A stretch of 64,000 nt of DNA from Kudoa neothunni (taxonomy: Eukaryota > Animalia > Cnidaria), in the NCBI GenBank assembly GCA_964304625.1, contig OZ199838.1:12591843-12655842 (forward strand), given 5' to 3'. The position numbers were made by a program, and so were the translations under genes. Numbering within the stretch: the stretch's first letter is position 1; each line of letters opens with the position of its first letter. Shown here one piece after another: positions 26,200-40,372 of this stretch. Below the pieces are notes generated by a model. That model ran no database searches and was not told the DNA's origin. It was given only the letters and a program-made list of their open reading frames with translations.

Positions 26200-26694
26200 C
26201 ACCAAATAATCGACTCTTATTTTATTACAATATTTTTTTCTACATTTCTTGACTCTATTTATACCAATGATTTTAAGGTTGAATTTGTCTTATTTCTGTC
26301 AATCGAATAAAGATATATTTATTCAAACGCCTATTTTAAATTATAAAAATAAGAGATTATAGAGAACACAAAAATGTCCCCTAGACATTTTTTCCGTTTC
26401 ATAAATTTTCCACAAAATAACTTCAACTTAAATCCTTAATAATTATTCATCCTTAACAACTTTAGCAGTTTCTACATTAAAACGAAATACATTATCATTG
26501 AGTGGTACACAAATGAAAGAGGATCATTAAGATGTCAGTGGAATGTCTCATCACATACCTACTGGCTTGTTTTTACCACGTGCTTAATTACCCACTAAGA
26601 TTATGAATTATTGTTCAGTTACATTTTTAGTTACTTTCAAATATAGCGCAGACTTCTATAATTTTATGAAACAACCTGTGTTAATCTGAAATAT

Positions 26695-27414
26695 TACAGT
26701 ATATACTCAAGTATAAGTCGCAGGGGGTTTGGGATAATTTATCATGATTTTGGTTAGGCCGAGCATTAGTCATAATTTGAAAAGAATAGTTTTCGTTTTA
26801 TAAATTTTTAAAAGATTGAATGTTTTAGCCTAAACTGATGCATAGAATAAAATTTATAGAACAAAATATGTGTATTTATTTTAAGTTCATATGATGCTAG
26901 TATTTCTCAAAAAACTAGTTTCAAAGGATAACGGTTTTCGACGTGTAAGTTGGAAGAAGAGTCGCTCTCCTCAAGTAGGCATATTCTATGCTCAGCTGTT
27001 ATGGTGTCGCCATAGATTTCATCAACCTCTTCTTCGTTATTTTCTATTTTTTTCATCCACCCAAAGTATATCATCTTCGCCCCCATCCATTGAGTTTGAT
27101 ATGTCGCATTTTTTGAATGATCTACGGGTAATTTCTGAAATTATTGATTCCCGAGAGTATTTCACCCATCCAGCTACGATAAATAATGCGTCTTAAAATT
27201 TCCTGAAGCTGTTTTTTGGCCAATCCCTCAGACTTCCATTCGATCAATTGCTCGTAAACATGTATTTAAATTAGAAAATTAACTTATAACGAAATAATTA
27301 TATATTTTACTACCAGATATCCTCATTTTTAAGATTTTATCATTTGTATAAGTAGCATGTTGATTTTGAAGCTTTTTTAAATAAAGTGCGGTTTATACTC
27401 GAATATATGCGGTA
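26695..27414 (-). mobile_element. pogo/Tc2-type deletion derivative
   Basis: TA-flanked TIRs cagtatatactcaagtataagtcgca / rc ccgcatatattcgagtataaaccgca. DDE_1 C-terminal remnant VAGWVK..RSFKKCDISNSMDGGEDDILW. Confidence 0.8.
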
Positions 27415-27762
27415 ATTAATATAAGCATTACTTTAAGACGGTGGTAGGCACAACTTTTGAGTGTGCTGGCCACATTAATGCATTACAGAAGTTTGGAGGG
27501 CTGCATTGTTGACTACACGTTTTTTTGAAAACTTAAATATTTATTGGTGGCTTTTCTAAGATTTTTGACACAATAAAAAAGTATGTATATAAATTAATTT
27601 AAAAACACTTCTAATTAGATTGAATTAATGAGGAATTATAGATTTTTTTTAATACAGAAATTATGTGATTGGCATATTATTGTAAGTTACGATTAAAATA
27701 ATCGGACTTATACTTAATAAATTTTTATTTTATCTTAAATTATTTGAAGTTAATATTACTCA

Positions 27763-28937
27763 TTAACCCCTCCTGTACGATGCGAAAAAAAAATTCCTCC
27801 CCGTTCCAATGGGATCCATCCGGACCCCGGAAAAAACTGTCTTAATGGTCTTTAATTTCTTAATGGCATGCTTTAAACGGGTTTTCAACTATTTATGAGA
27901 TGTTCTGCGTAGGCAATTAAATTGATTATGGAACATTAGTAGGCGTCAAAACAGAGTCTCATAGTGCACAAATATCTTTCTATTGGAAATTAAGGAAGAA
28001 TTTAATGGTACAAAAATTAAAATTAAGCATATTTTAACTGAAAACAAAGTAATTTGCAAAATGAAAACCACTTCAAAAGAAGAAATCATAAGTAAAATTG
28101 ATCCGAGCGGACAGTAACAGCGGCAGCATGATCGTATAAAAATCGGAAACAACGAATTATCAATAAACGGGTTAAAATGAATCAATGTCTTGACTGTAAT
28201 TCGTAATTTACCATAATTTTTTAAGCATATATAAAAGAGAATTCAAATTAACCCTTGATATTTGATTTATACGTTTTTTTCAGACCTAATTTGTTATTAG
28301 AAAACTAGATTTGTTGCGTTATTTCTGTTATGCAATTTTTAATTTTCACTGTATTGCTCTGTTTGAAAAATTTTTTCCCTTTAAATTTAATAATATAAGA
28401 AGTAAGTTTTCATAATTACGAAGTTAAGTAAAACAAAAAAATTCCACTGTAATTAAACTACTTCATTGATTCTCCTTAAAAATTATTCAAATTAAAAGTT
28501 TAACGGAGGAACTACTTACATCCATCTAGCGACAAGCTTATAGTAACGAAAAGTAAATATGAAATTAGATAAGTTATATTGGGATTAAGACTCGGTAATC
28601 CGCGGTGAAATTCTATAATAAGCGAAGTTTCATCATTTACTCAATTAAAAATTACATCCTAAATCTTTAAATCTACAGTTATACGAGAAAAATAAATTTT
28701 CTAAGCATGTGTTTTCCTTAAAAACGATACATATTTTTGTCTCTAAAGGCACCAAAATCATTAAAATTAGCCGATAATAATTTGTTGAAATGAATTGTTT
28801 TAAGGCATTCCAAGTGTTGTAAATTTTTAGACGAATTACGAAGTTTTCGGATGGTTTAGATTTGTCTATCGCAAATTAGGTTCAAATTAGTCGGATTTGG
28901 GGTCCACGCGGATCCCACTCCGGACAGGGAGAGTTAA
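27763..28937. mobile_element. piggyBac-type MITE, about 1.17 kb, copy 1
   Basis: TTAA-bounded TIRs (cccctcctgt / acagggagag). Aligns end to end with 43245-44304. Confidence 0.85.
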
Positions 28938-29198
28938 GTAGATATGAAATATTTAAACAATAACTCTGATAGAATTATTTCATAGTTATTTTAAACATGA
29001 TATTCAATATATTATATACTTTAACAAGAGGCCTAAGTTATAAATATGAATATTATCAAGTTAATCAAAATTAATTATATTTATGATATTTCAGACTACA
29101 ACAAATTTTTTGTGACTTGAATATCACCAACGAATGGAAATAATTTTCTTAAATGACATGTAATATCGCGTGCGCGTGTGCGATCGATAAAGAAATAT

Positions 29199-30364
29199 TT
29201 AACCACAACGTATGTATTACTTTTGAGATAACATATTTTCTATAAACATAACTCAGAATTCTGATAATTTAATAAAATTATTTCTCTATTTAATTTGTGC
29301 TTAACGCGATCAAAAATATCATAATCCTGTCATAGACTATTGCATAAAACAGGTAACATATGCACGCTTGAAATGTTCATTAGAGCGGAAACAACGAGTG
29401 AGAAACCCACTTAAATATGCCGTAGTTCACCAACATGGCAACAATTTCGGGGTTATTTTGTCACCTCAATATTTTTCATACCATCAAAATGTGAAACTCG
29501 CGTTATTTGGAGAAATTTATGTAATGGGCATAAATCACGATATATTTTTCCTTCTTCTAACCCAAATATCTCTTTAACCGATTCTCGATTATTCCTGAGA
29601 TACCTCATGGGAAATAAACAGCTAATGAACCCATCCAATTCGATCCATCTATCACCAAAAAATTTTTCCACCCATGTACTGGTATATTTAAAAATAATGG
29701 CGTACATAACAAAATTAAATATTATTCTGAAAGTATAAAATGTATTTTGTAATAAAAACGGAGAGACCTCAGGACGACTATTCATAATATTTGCAACACA
29801 TGTTCTGGATGCCAACGGCGGGTTCATCGACCATAACGTTCCGTTCTTGTGTATTAATGAGTTAAGTTGTATATCTGTGTCAATATCAAATTTTTCTAAC
29901 GATAAATAATTATGAAACCCTGAAAATGAATCTGAAGACTTGGTATCGGAGTAGTTACTATTAAGATCACTTGAACACATAAATTAAAATTAATTGTGGT
30001 GCATACGCGATGTAGATTAAGATATGATATTCATGCAAAGAAAATATATATATATATATATATATATATTCGATAGAATTTTTCAAAGTTTCCCCAAACA
30101 TTTAAATCAATATTTTGGATAATTAGATGAAAAAAGATCGCGAGGTCCAGAAGACCCCAAATTTTATTTTTTACTTGGAGGATGTTTTTGCATTAACTTT
30201 TTTTCTACGGAATGAAAAAGTTTATTAATTAGTGGAATTTTACTACAGAACCTTTTAGAAGAATAGACTGACCGCCCAAAATTTCTCACAAGATAATGTG
30301 GTAGAAAATTGATAACTAATGTTTCCCGGGGTCCAAAAGACCCCAATTATACTTGGAGGGTTAA
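29199..30364 (-). mobile_element. piggyBac (PGBD4-like) deletion derivative
   Basis: ORF 29453-29980 (KNGTLWS.NPP..RT..NIM..RP, ELDGFIS, KFLQITRVSHFD) resembles a piggyBac N-terminal region. End ggagggTTAA at 30364 with a GGGGTC-N5-GACCCC palindrome; the left boundary is uncertain. Confidence 0.65.
30044..30068. repeat. (TA)n microsatellite (others: about 24624-24641, 52721-52744; (AAT)n about 34311-34331; (TTA)n about 50198-50224)
   Basis: Simple repeats, directly visible. Confidence 0.9.
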
Positions 30365-30541
30365 AAATTAAAGTAAAAATCTAGTTGTTTATGCACTAAT
30401 AATCTCTATAAATATTTTCTCAGATGGATAAACAAAGGAAGAATCAATATCACACTTATTAAAGGTCGGTTTAATTTAAAAGAAAGACAAATAAGCACAC
30501 GGAATAATTATATGTACAAATATGTGTAAGTCGAATAAAAA

Positions 30542-32439
<1,898 letters not shown>

Positions 32440-32941
32440 GAAATGGCGCTATATGCTCAAAGCACGAGTTAAGACGAGTGGGAATATTCCAATGGCGAAG
32501 GTTTAGAATTCATTTAATTCTTCTCATCACCGCCGATCCCATAAGAATATGATTCAATAAGACTTAAAGATAATCTCCGATTGTTTTAAGGTTGTTGAAA
32601 CTGTCCAGACATAAAAATAGACGATTTTAGATAAAGTCTCTAACCTCACAATTCATATTACATAGAAATTCATGCTTAAAAATTAGACTAGAATTAACAA
32701 ATCGGCAAAAATTAGACAAGTTAAGCTCAAAAAATTAGTGTTTTCATTCGTATCTAAGATGCATAACTTGAGCTTAATCTAACCAACTATCATTAATTAA
32801 ATCGTAACTAAAAACGACGAAAATCGAGGTAAAATTTAAAAGAATCCTCGAAATTTCCAAAATAACGCCAAAAAACAAAAAACGCCCGCATATTGTCACA
32901 TCTACCAATGGATATCCTAACAAAGAACAGGTTACCAACTT

Positions 32942-33304
32942 TTAATACTGTTGGAATTTAATGTGGCATTTGGGGGATATTTTAATTCGGCCTCCAGTCG
33001 GTTGAGCAAGCACAGTGGCACATTTCTGGCATTGGATAACAGTTTGCGAGTGGCTGAACGCAGCTACTCTCTCTTCACAATCTACACACAAATTCATTAA
33101 CAAATGAACCAACAATGTCAACCGATTTAGAATTACCGACACACTTCAACAGTAGGAAAAAGCTATCAGGAAAGGGAACGAGTCTTTTTTGCTTGTGCTT
33201 TCGTCTTTCTTCATTAATATCAGGATAAGCAAGATCTTTATATAACTTAATTGGAAAAGTTGTTATCAACAATAGCACAATCAACTGGCCAAATATACCG
33301 ACAT
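32942..33304 (-). CDS. RPS27: 40S ribosomal protein S27 (eS27), 84 aa, divergent
   Basis: Three exons give MS|LYKDLAYPDINEERRKHKQKRLVPFPDSFF..KCVDC..FSHSQTVIQCQKCATVLAQPTGGR, with a C4 zinc finger. Confidence 0.95.
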
Positions 33305-34739
33305 ATTAACACTCAAGAAAACGTCCTTCCTTCGCACAATGTGTAGCGTGACTTTGCTTACTCGCGAAACTCTACGGAGGACCCCGATCGCTGTTGTACG
33401 CATCGCTCGTGTACTGTTCCCCGTTATTCAGTCTTCTGTAAACGCTCAGCATTCATTTTTTGAAACTAATAATTAGTTGAAATTTCGGAGCGAATATTAA
33501 TCGGCACAATAAAACGGGTAATAATCTAAAAGTGATTTATTTCTGCGATGATTGTGCTATATTTTATTGTTTTTATCCGAAAGGTGTTAATTGCAATTGA
33601 GAATAGTTTTTGACTAAATCAGTTGTATCAAAATATTATTGGTTAAATCAAACATTTTCTATATGTCTTAAAACATGACGTGCATCAATGCATCGCATAT
33701 ATTGTATGCCAGCGCGAAATCCCAGCTTTGTTTTGAAGTAAATGGTGGAATTTTAATCACCCTTTTTCTTTTGTGATCCGATTTCATATTGGATACTATT
33801 TTTTGAGATTATTCGATTGCATTAATCTAATCATGTGTAGATTTGGTGTCCTAATATAAATGGAAGAATATAAAGAAAATTATTGAGTATTATACATATC
33901 ATTTACAATAGAAAATTCCCTCTGCAACTAATATAATTAACGCTGAATACAAATAATTTTTACAGCTTTCAGTAACCTGACGTATTATTACATTGTGTAC
34001 TTTCGACAAATTATTTTAATTTTAAAATTTAGGATTAAATTATAATCTATAAGAAAAGAAATAAATAAAAATATGGATGAAGTAGTATAAGAGAATGATG
34101 CCAAATATTACTCCCTACTGATAATTTTATGAAAGATCCTTATTTGATTTTAAACCAACATCTGTGAGCGAGAAATGATAGATTCATTATTTGAACAAAA
34201 CTTTTCTACTTTTAAATTAATCGATCCCTTCATATTAACCATCGAATTCCTGAGGAAAAAAGTTTACGAATATTTGGAAGTGGCCTTTGTGATCACATGC
34301 AAAAATGTATTATAATAATAATAATAATAATCGTTGCACTTAAGATTATGGACATAATTATTTACATTTTAAAATATAATCAATTAAATAAAAATAAATC
34401 AATGATGCATTTTCATGACGTTTATTTGCGCATGTGAAAAGAACAGGAATAATTATGCCTGTGTATACTTTGAATGGTGTGGGCAATTAGAAATAATCTG
34501 TTTTATTATTGCTTCATTTTTTACATTTTCATTTTGTTGTTATTATAGCAGCTAAGGTTTTGCTTATTCTCAAAATCCATGATTTTATTATGAAATCTCT
34601 TCCCCTGTTGACAGAAATATGTTAAACATACTAATACGTACTTTATAAATTGAAATTTGGTTTTATAAATTAATTTATGATTAAGAAATATATAGTCTAG
34701 GGATTTTTAGATTGTGAACTTTTGAGTTTGATAAGATGT

Positions 34740-35690
34740 TCTAATTTTACCCCACATTTTTTTTGAATTATAACACTATAAAAAATCTAATAATCAATAT
34801 TTTAGAGTAATCTTTAATTCCTATAAATGGAACACTGGCAAATGCATATTAAATTTTGACGTAATCCCCGTGATAATCGGCTTCGTATACGATCCGTCTT
34901 ATGTCGGTACACATCGATGTTTCATAAATAAAGTAATTGTGTTAATTCAGCGGAATTAAATGAGTTGCGCCAGTTGAAATATTAAAACAAAACATGAGAA
35001 GGATTCTTGAAAGTTATGCGAAGTTAAAACAGTTTTTAAATGCGTGAATTGGACAATAAAACTTCTAACAATTTTCACACCATTTAGACTTTTTATCATT
35101 TTCCTCTCACTGTATCCACACGTATCTCGCTTTGTATTAAGAAGAAGTTCCTGTTGGGATGCATAACCGATAATGAGACCTTTTTTTGCGTTGTTTGTGG
35201 AATATGTTGTCAACAATGTTTTGTATAATTGTTCAACGATTTCTTTAAGAAAATCACGCATTTTGATTTATTGGGAACATAAGATACCAACATATGCTTT
35301 TCACGGAATACAAAAATGCTGCCACAACGGGCTCTATTTGATGATGATTGGAGGCATGGTGGTATCTCTAGTTTTTAACATAGTCTCTATGCTCAGTTTT
35401 TTCCAACGATTTTTAAGCAAAAAACATCGATAAGAAGATATTTTCGTCAACAATATGATGTTCATTCTCTGATAAACAAAATTCATCAATGAAATCATTA
35501 GAATCACACATCTTCATATAATTCACGCATGCGATTTAATTAATTTATCTAACATTTCCTTACTTTCTACAAAAACTACTCTTAGGACTTTTATTATATT
35601 TAAGTTTGGAGTAGTATACAATTTTTGAAATATTTGTAAACAAAAAAAATATGGGGTAAATTTTACCCCAAAGACCATTACAAGATAAAA
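34740..35690 (-). mobile_element. piggyBac remnant (C-terminal cysteine-rich domain)
   Basis: MRDFLKEIVEQL...KRDTCGY and, in another frame, CKNCKKFYCPIH. GGGGTAAATTTTACCCC palindrome at 35653-35669. Boundaries approximate. Confidence 0.55.
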
Positions 35691-36315
35691 CAAAAATTAA
35701 AACTTATACAATAATTTCTCGAAAAAAACTTTGTCGTCAAACCAATGACAAAATTTTATTAGAAGAATAACTGGAATCTATTAGGTATCAGTTTACTGTA
35801 TAAAAAGATATACCATCAATAAAATCGTTTTGGGGTAAACTTGAAACAACTATATTTAATTTACTATTTTTTGTTGATATATAATTTAACAAAATTATTA
35901 TCATATGCACGATTCACATGCTTGAATAAATAAATAAGTTAACAGAATCAAGCTGATATAGAAACAAACAAATGAATTTAAAAAAATCCTTACTTCTAAG
36001 TACAATTATAATTTTTATTTTACTGCCGACAAATTTTTTATATTTTTTAACTATTTAAACGTTATCATTTGTGGTGGCCATGGCAGGCATGTTAAGGTAT
36101 GTGTGTATCTTTTTTTCTTTTTTTGATTTTCGGCGAAAAACTTTAACTTAATACTCCATTATTTCAATATTTTTAAAAGCACCATTATATTATAAAATAC
36201 ACGTTGAGAAAAATGGAAGTAAAAGTTACTGATGTAATAAGTGTTGATTAGCCACAGTGGTCACCTTCAGGTATTCGAGGGTTAATGCAATAAGTGCTCG
36301 ATGAACCGTCTAACA

Positions 36316-38531
36316 CAGCGGTTCCCGATTGGGGGGTCCTGGGTCCATAAATGAGTCAAAGAAAAAAAATATATATCCTAGCATCGTAACAAGGTTTTGA
36401 ATATTGTAACGGTATGATATGTTATAAATGCAGTTCCTAATAGTTTATTTATGGAAAATTATATTTATTGTTATTTTATTTAAAAAAACGATGCCGAGTG
36501 TAATAGTTCGTTACGAACATCTTTTGTAATGTATGTGAATCCGAACCGGTGACATTCGGATCAACCTTTAATCATAATTATGTTTTTACTGATTTTATGT
36601 TCTCCCGAAATTAGCTTACGTTTTAGATTTAACTTTAGTTTAATATTATATATACATATATTCCATAAAAATATGACAATTAATTATAATTTAATTTGAT
36701 TTAGACAGATGCTAATAATAGAAATACTAGGATCTCTTGTTGGATATGACAATTTAATTATTAGTTTTAAATAGTCTGTAACTATAAAATATTTCGATAA
36801 ATCTTAGATAAGTCACGCGAACCTAATTTCACCCTCTTTTTCGTTTGATTTAATCCTAGCCTTTGTTTCAACATGGTGAATCATCCGAAAATTAGGAACT
36901 GGAATGAAGAATACACCCAGTATGGTTTTACCAAAAGAGTAATTGATGGAATTGACAGACCCCAATGTATTCTATGTGATATTATTATTTTCCAATTCAA
37001 GTTTGAAACCATCAAAACTACATGAGCATTTTATAATTAAGCATGGTTGAACATCAAGAGCAGGGAATGATTCTCAATCTTTGGCCACTAAAAGGATAAA
37101 ATTCGATTCAAGAATGACTCTTCCAACGTTAGGTTTTTCTCCCCTTTGTGAAACATTTCTTTTGGCGTCATATAAAATTGCGTATGAAATTGCGAAGAAG
37201 AAAAAGCCACACACCATTGCCGAAACTCTTATTAAACCTTGTATTTTGGAATCGGCACGAATTATTTTGGGCCCAAATGCCGCTAAAAAGCTTCAAATGA
37301 TTCCACTCTCAAACAATATTATTCGAAATAGAATTGATGATATGAGTGCAGACGTACTCGATCAAGTTCTTTCAGATGTGAAAGCCTCACCTAAAAAAAT
37401 CTCCATCCAGCTGGACGAGTCAACCGACGTGGCTAATTGTAGCCAACTAATTGCTTTCGTCCGCTATGTTACATCAAAAGTTATCGAGGAAGAGTTTCTC
37501 TTTTGTAAACCCTTAACAAAAACTACCACTGCGAAGGATATTTACGACATGGTCCATAACTTTTTTGATAGAAACAACATACCTTTCCAGCTTATTGGAT
37601 CTATTTGTACGGACGGTGCTCCGGCCATGCTTGGAAAACGATCCGGTTTTGCTACTCTAATGCGAAACCGAATTCCCGACGTTACTATTACCCATTGTAT
37701 CCTTCATCGACAAGCTCTCATGTCAAAAACGATGCCAGAAATTTTGAGAAACGTTATGAACTCTTGCATAAAAATTGTAAATTTTATCAAAGGCAGAGCT
37801 CTAAACCACAGACTCTTCAAGGCGTTTTGCAGTGACTTGGGTGATGAAACATCTGTACTTCTGTACTATACCGAAGTCAGATGGCTTTCACGAGGAAAAG
37901 CTTTAACTAGGTTTTTTGAACTTAGAAACGAAATTCAGAACTTTCTATTCGAACAAAAATCTGATCTTGCGCGTACTTTTGAAATTCCCAATTTCTCATC
38001 TATTCTAGCCTACTTGGCAGATATTTTTGGTCATATCAGTGACTTAAATTGCTCTATTCAAGGAAGAGGGATAAATGTTATAGTCGCCCGTGATAGACTG
38101 CGCTCTTTTAGGGAAAAATTGATGTTACAGAGATCCAGAATCGATTGTCAAAACTTGGCGAATTTTCCTTCTCTACAAGAAATCGTTTTGAATGATACGA
38201 GCACTGTTTTTGAGGATTTCAAAAAATATATATGCGAGCATTTGGATCGATTGAGATATTCATTTGATGTTATTGTTTCCAAAAAAAGACAAGAAAAGAG
38301 TCAAACGCCGAATTAATTGAATTTTAACTACGGTTATTATATTTTAATGTTATGAAAAGTATTGTTTCATTTTTGTTTTTGTATAATTTTTGCAAAACAT
38401 ATGTTCGAATTAAACTAACTTCATTTTCTACTAACGGTATATCTGTTTTCAAATTTCTAATTTAATGGGGTTCCGGAGCTAGATTTATTAACTGCGGAGG
38501 TCCGAAGTCTTGAACGAATCGGGAAGCGCTG
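36316..38531 (+). mobile_element. hAT Buster/SPIN-family transposon, defective
   Basis: 15-bp TIRs cagcggttcccgatt / aatcgggaagcgctg. 411-aa ORF with KKPHTIAETLIKP, IQLDESTD, CTDGAPAM, HCILHRQAL, YTEVRWLSRG and LAYLADIF. The BED finger at 36873-37080 is frameshifted and the C-terminal dimerisation domain is missing. Confidence 0.93.
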
Positions 38532-40372
38532 GCTTAGAAGCTTTCTGTATCCGATTCGCGAGGGGGAGGCATAATAAAGTTAAATTGTTTTTTTATTAGA
38601 GAGTGCTTGTCTTATTTAGCCAAATTTTATAATCGAACTTTTCAGCACATAATGAAGCTTAATAGCAATGTAATCGAAGTTACTTAAATATTATCCACAT
38701 TACCTAAATATAAATGCGTAAAAAACATAATAAAGATGAAAATATCCCCAAAACAATTTTTTTTTATTTTTGTTGATAGTATGACACTAGTTTCACTGTT
38801 ACGAATCGAACCGTTTTATTATTGTTCTTTACGATTCTGAACCATCATTTAAGTATATGAAATATCAAATTCATTGTCGAAAAAATAAGGTAATTTTTGA
38901 AAAAAATATAAACTTTCAATTTCCCCATAAGGATGTCGAGTATTCGATATATTTTTTCGCATTATAACAAAAATGTACTCTTTTAAATATCAAAATATAA
39001 TTGCACAAAGCTAGTTTTTAATTTTACTATGAACAATTAATTACAGCTAAAGAATTTATATATTTTTGACTCGCCTTCTAGTTTAACATGATTATCCACC
39101 AGTTCGACAACCCGTTTGGGTTTCCAACGCATGATATAGATGGTATAAGTTTCTGCAGTGGTTTGTTTCAATATTTATTCTCAAAAAATATCAATAAATA
39201 TAATTACTATCTGGTTCGCCAAAAAACTTGGACATGAGGAAAGGTTAGACCATTTGCATAAAGATTTATAGTAAGCAGTTTCTTTTTAATGAGACAATCC
39301 GCATGGGTTTAAATATATAATATAGCAATATTTAATATATTTACAATCATTTGGAAAACGATTGAAACATTAGCCATTAAGAATTGCACAAAAAGTTCAT
39401 AAATGATAATAAATCGTTTTCAGAGAAATGCTGAGTTTTATTATAAAAAATTGGTTGATTAGTCAAAAGATTATTAGACTAATAGACATACTTTGTCTGA
39501 ATATTTATTTTAATACATCTTTCCCCGCCGACTATTTTTCGACACCGTCGGCTACGTTGTCGAAAAATAGAAGAATCGCAAACAATTAATATAAGGAAAT
39601 CTATTTCTCAAGGAAAAATTCTTGAGAATAATTAACATGCATTGAACAGATTTTAACGCCAAAAATGATAATTTTCACGCAGCTTGGCTCGAATAATAAA
39701 CGTGATCTTTAACACCGAAAGACTGTTACTATTAAACTTCTAAATCAGGATGCCCAATGAATTATTGTATGAAAGTAACAATTTGCATGGTAAATAATAT
39801 TCAGTTGCCGCAAGTTTTGACTAGCTTTAATTAATTTTGGCCATTAAGAATGAAACGTTAAGTCAGAAATAGTTCAATATAGCAGATTCCAAATAACTAA
39901 CTCCGTATACAACTTAAGGGTAGGAGTTTCCAGGATTACAAATTTCCATTATGTAAACCTATATGCTGTTTAAGATTAAAATATACCTTGCCAATAGCCC
40001 CTGCCTTTTTTACTACACCCAGTTCTTATCAATAAATTGTAGATAGATTTATTCTTTAGAACTCATTATAATTGATTGATTTCCGTTAATAAAAAGCTCT
40101 AAATACCACAAACAAATTATCACAGTCAAAATTAAAAAAAGATTATATATTCGGGATCCACTAGACCTTTCGTTTTTACATAATCACACTATTTAAAAAA
40201 CTATCAGGTGACATAAAAGAATCACGTATGTACGATTAAAAAGTAAGACATCATAAGTATAAGATGGCTGCTACACAAAAAAAAACAATCACAATGAATA
40301 GAACAAACGCTAACATTTGTACAAAATCTATTGACCTATATGTACGGCTGGCTTACAAGTGACAAATAAAAT

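Noticed and set aside
33371-33442. Resemblance to 5S rRNA (tctacgg, cccgatc, ctgta)
   Set aside because: The helix-I-like ends are only about 70 nt apart and the internal boxes are missing.
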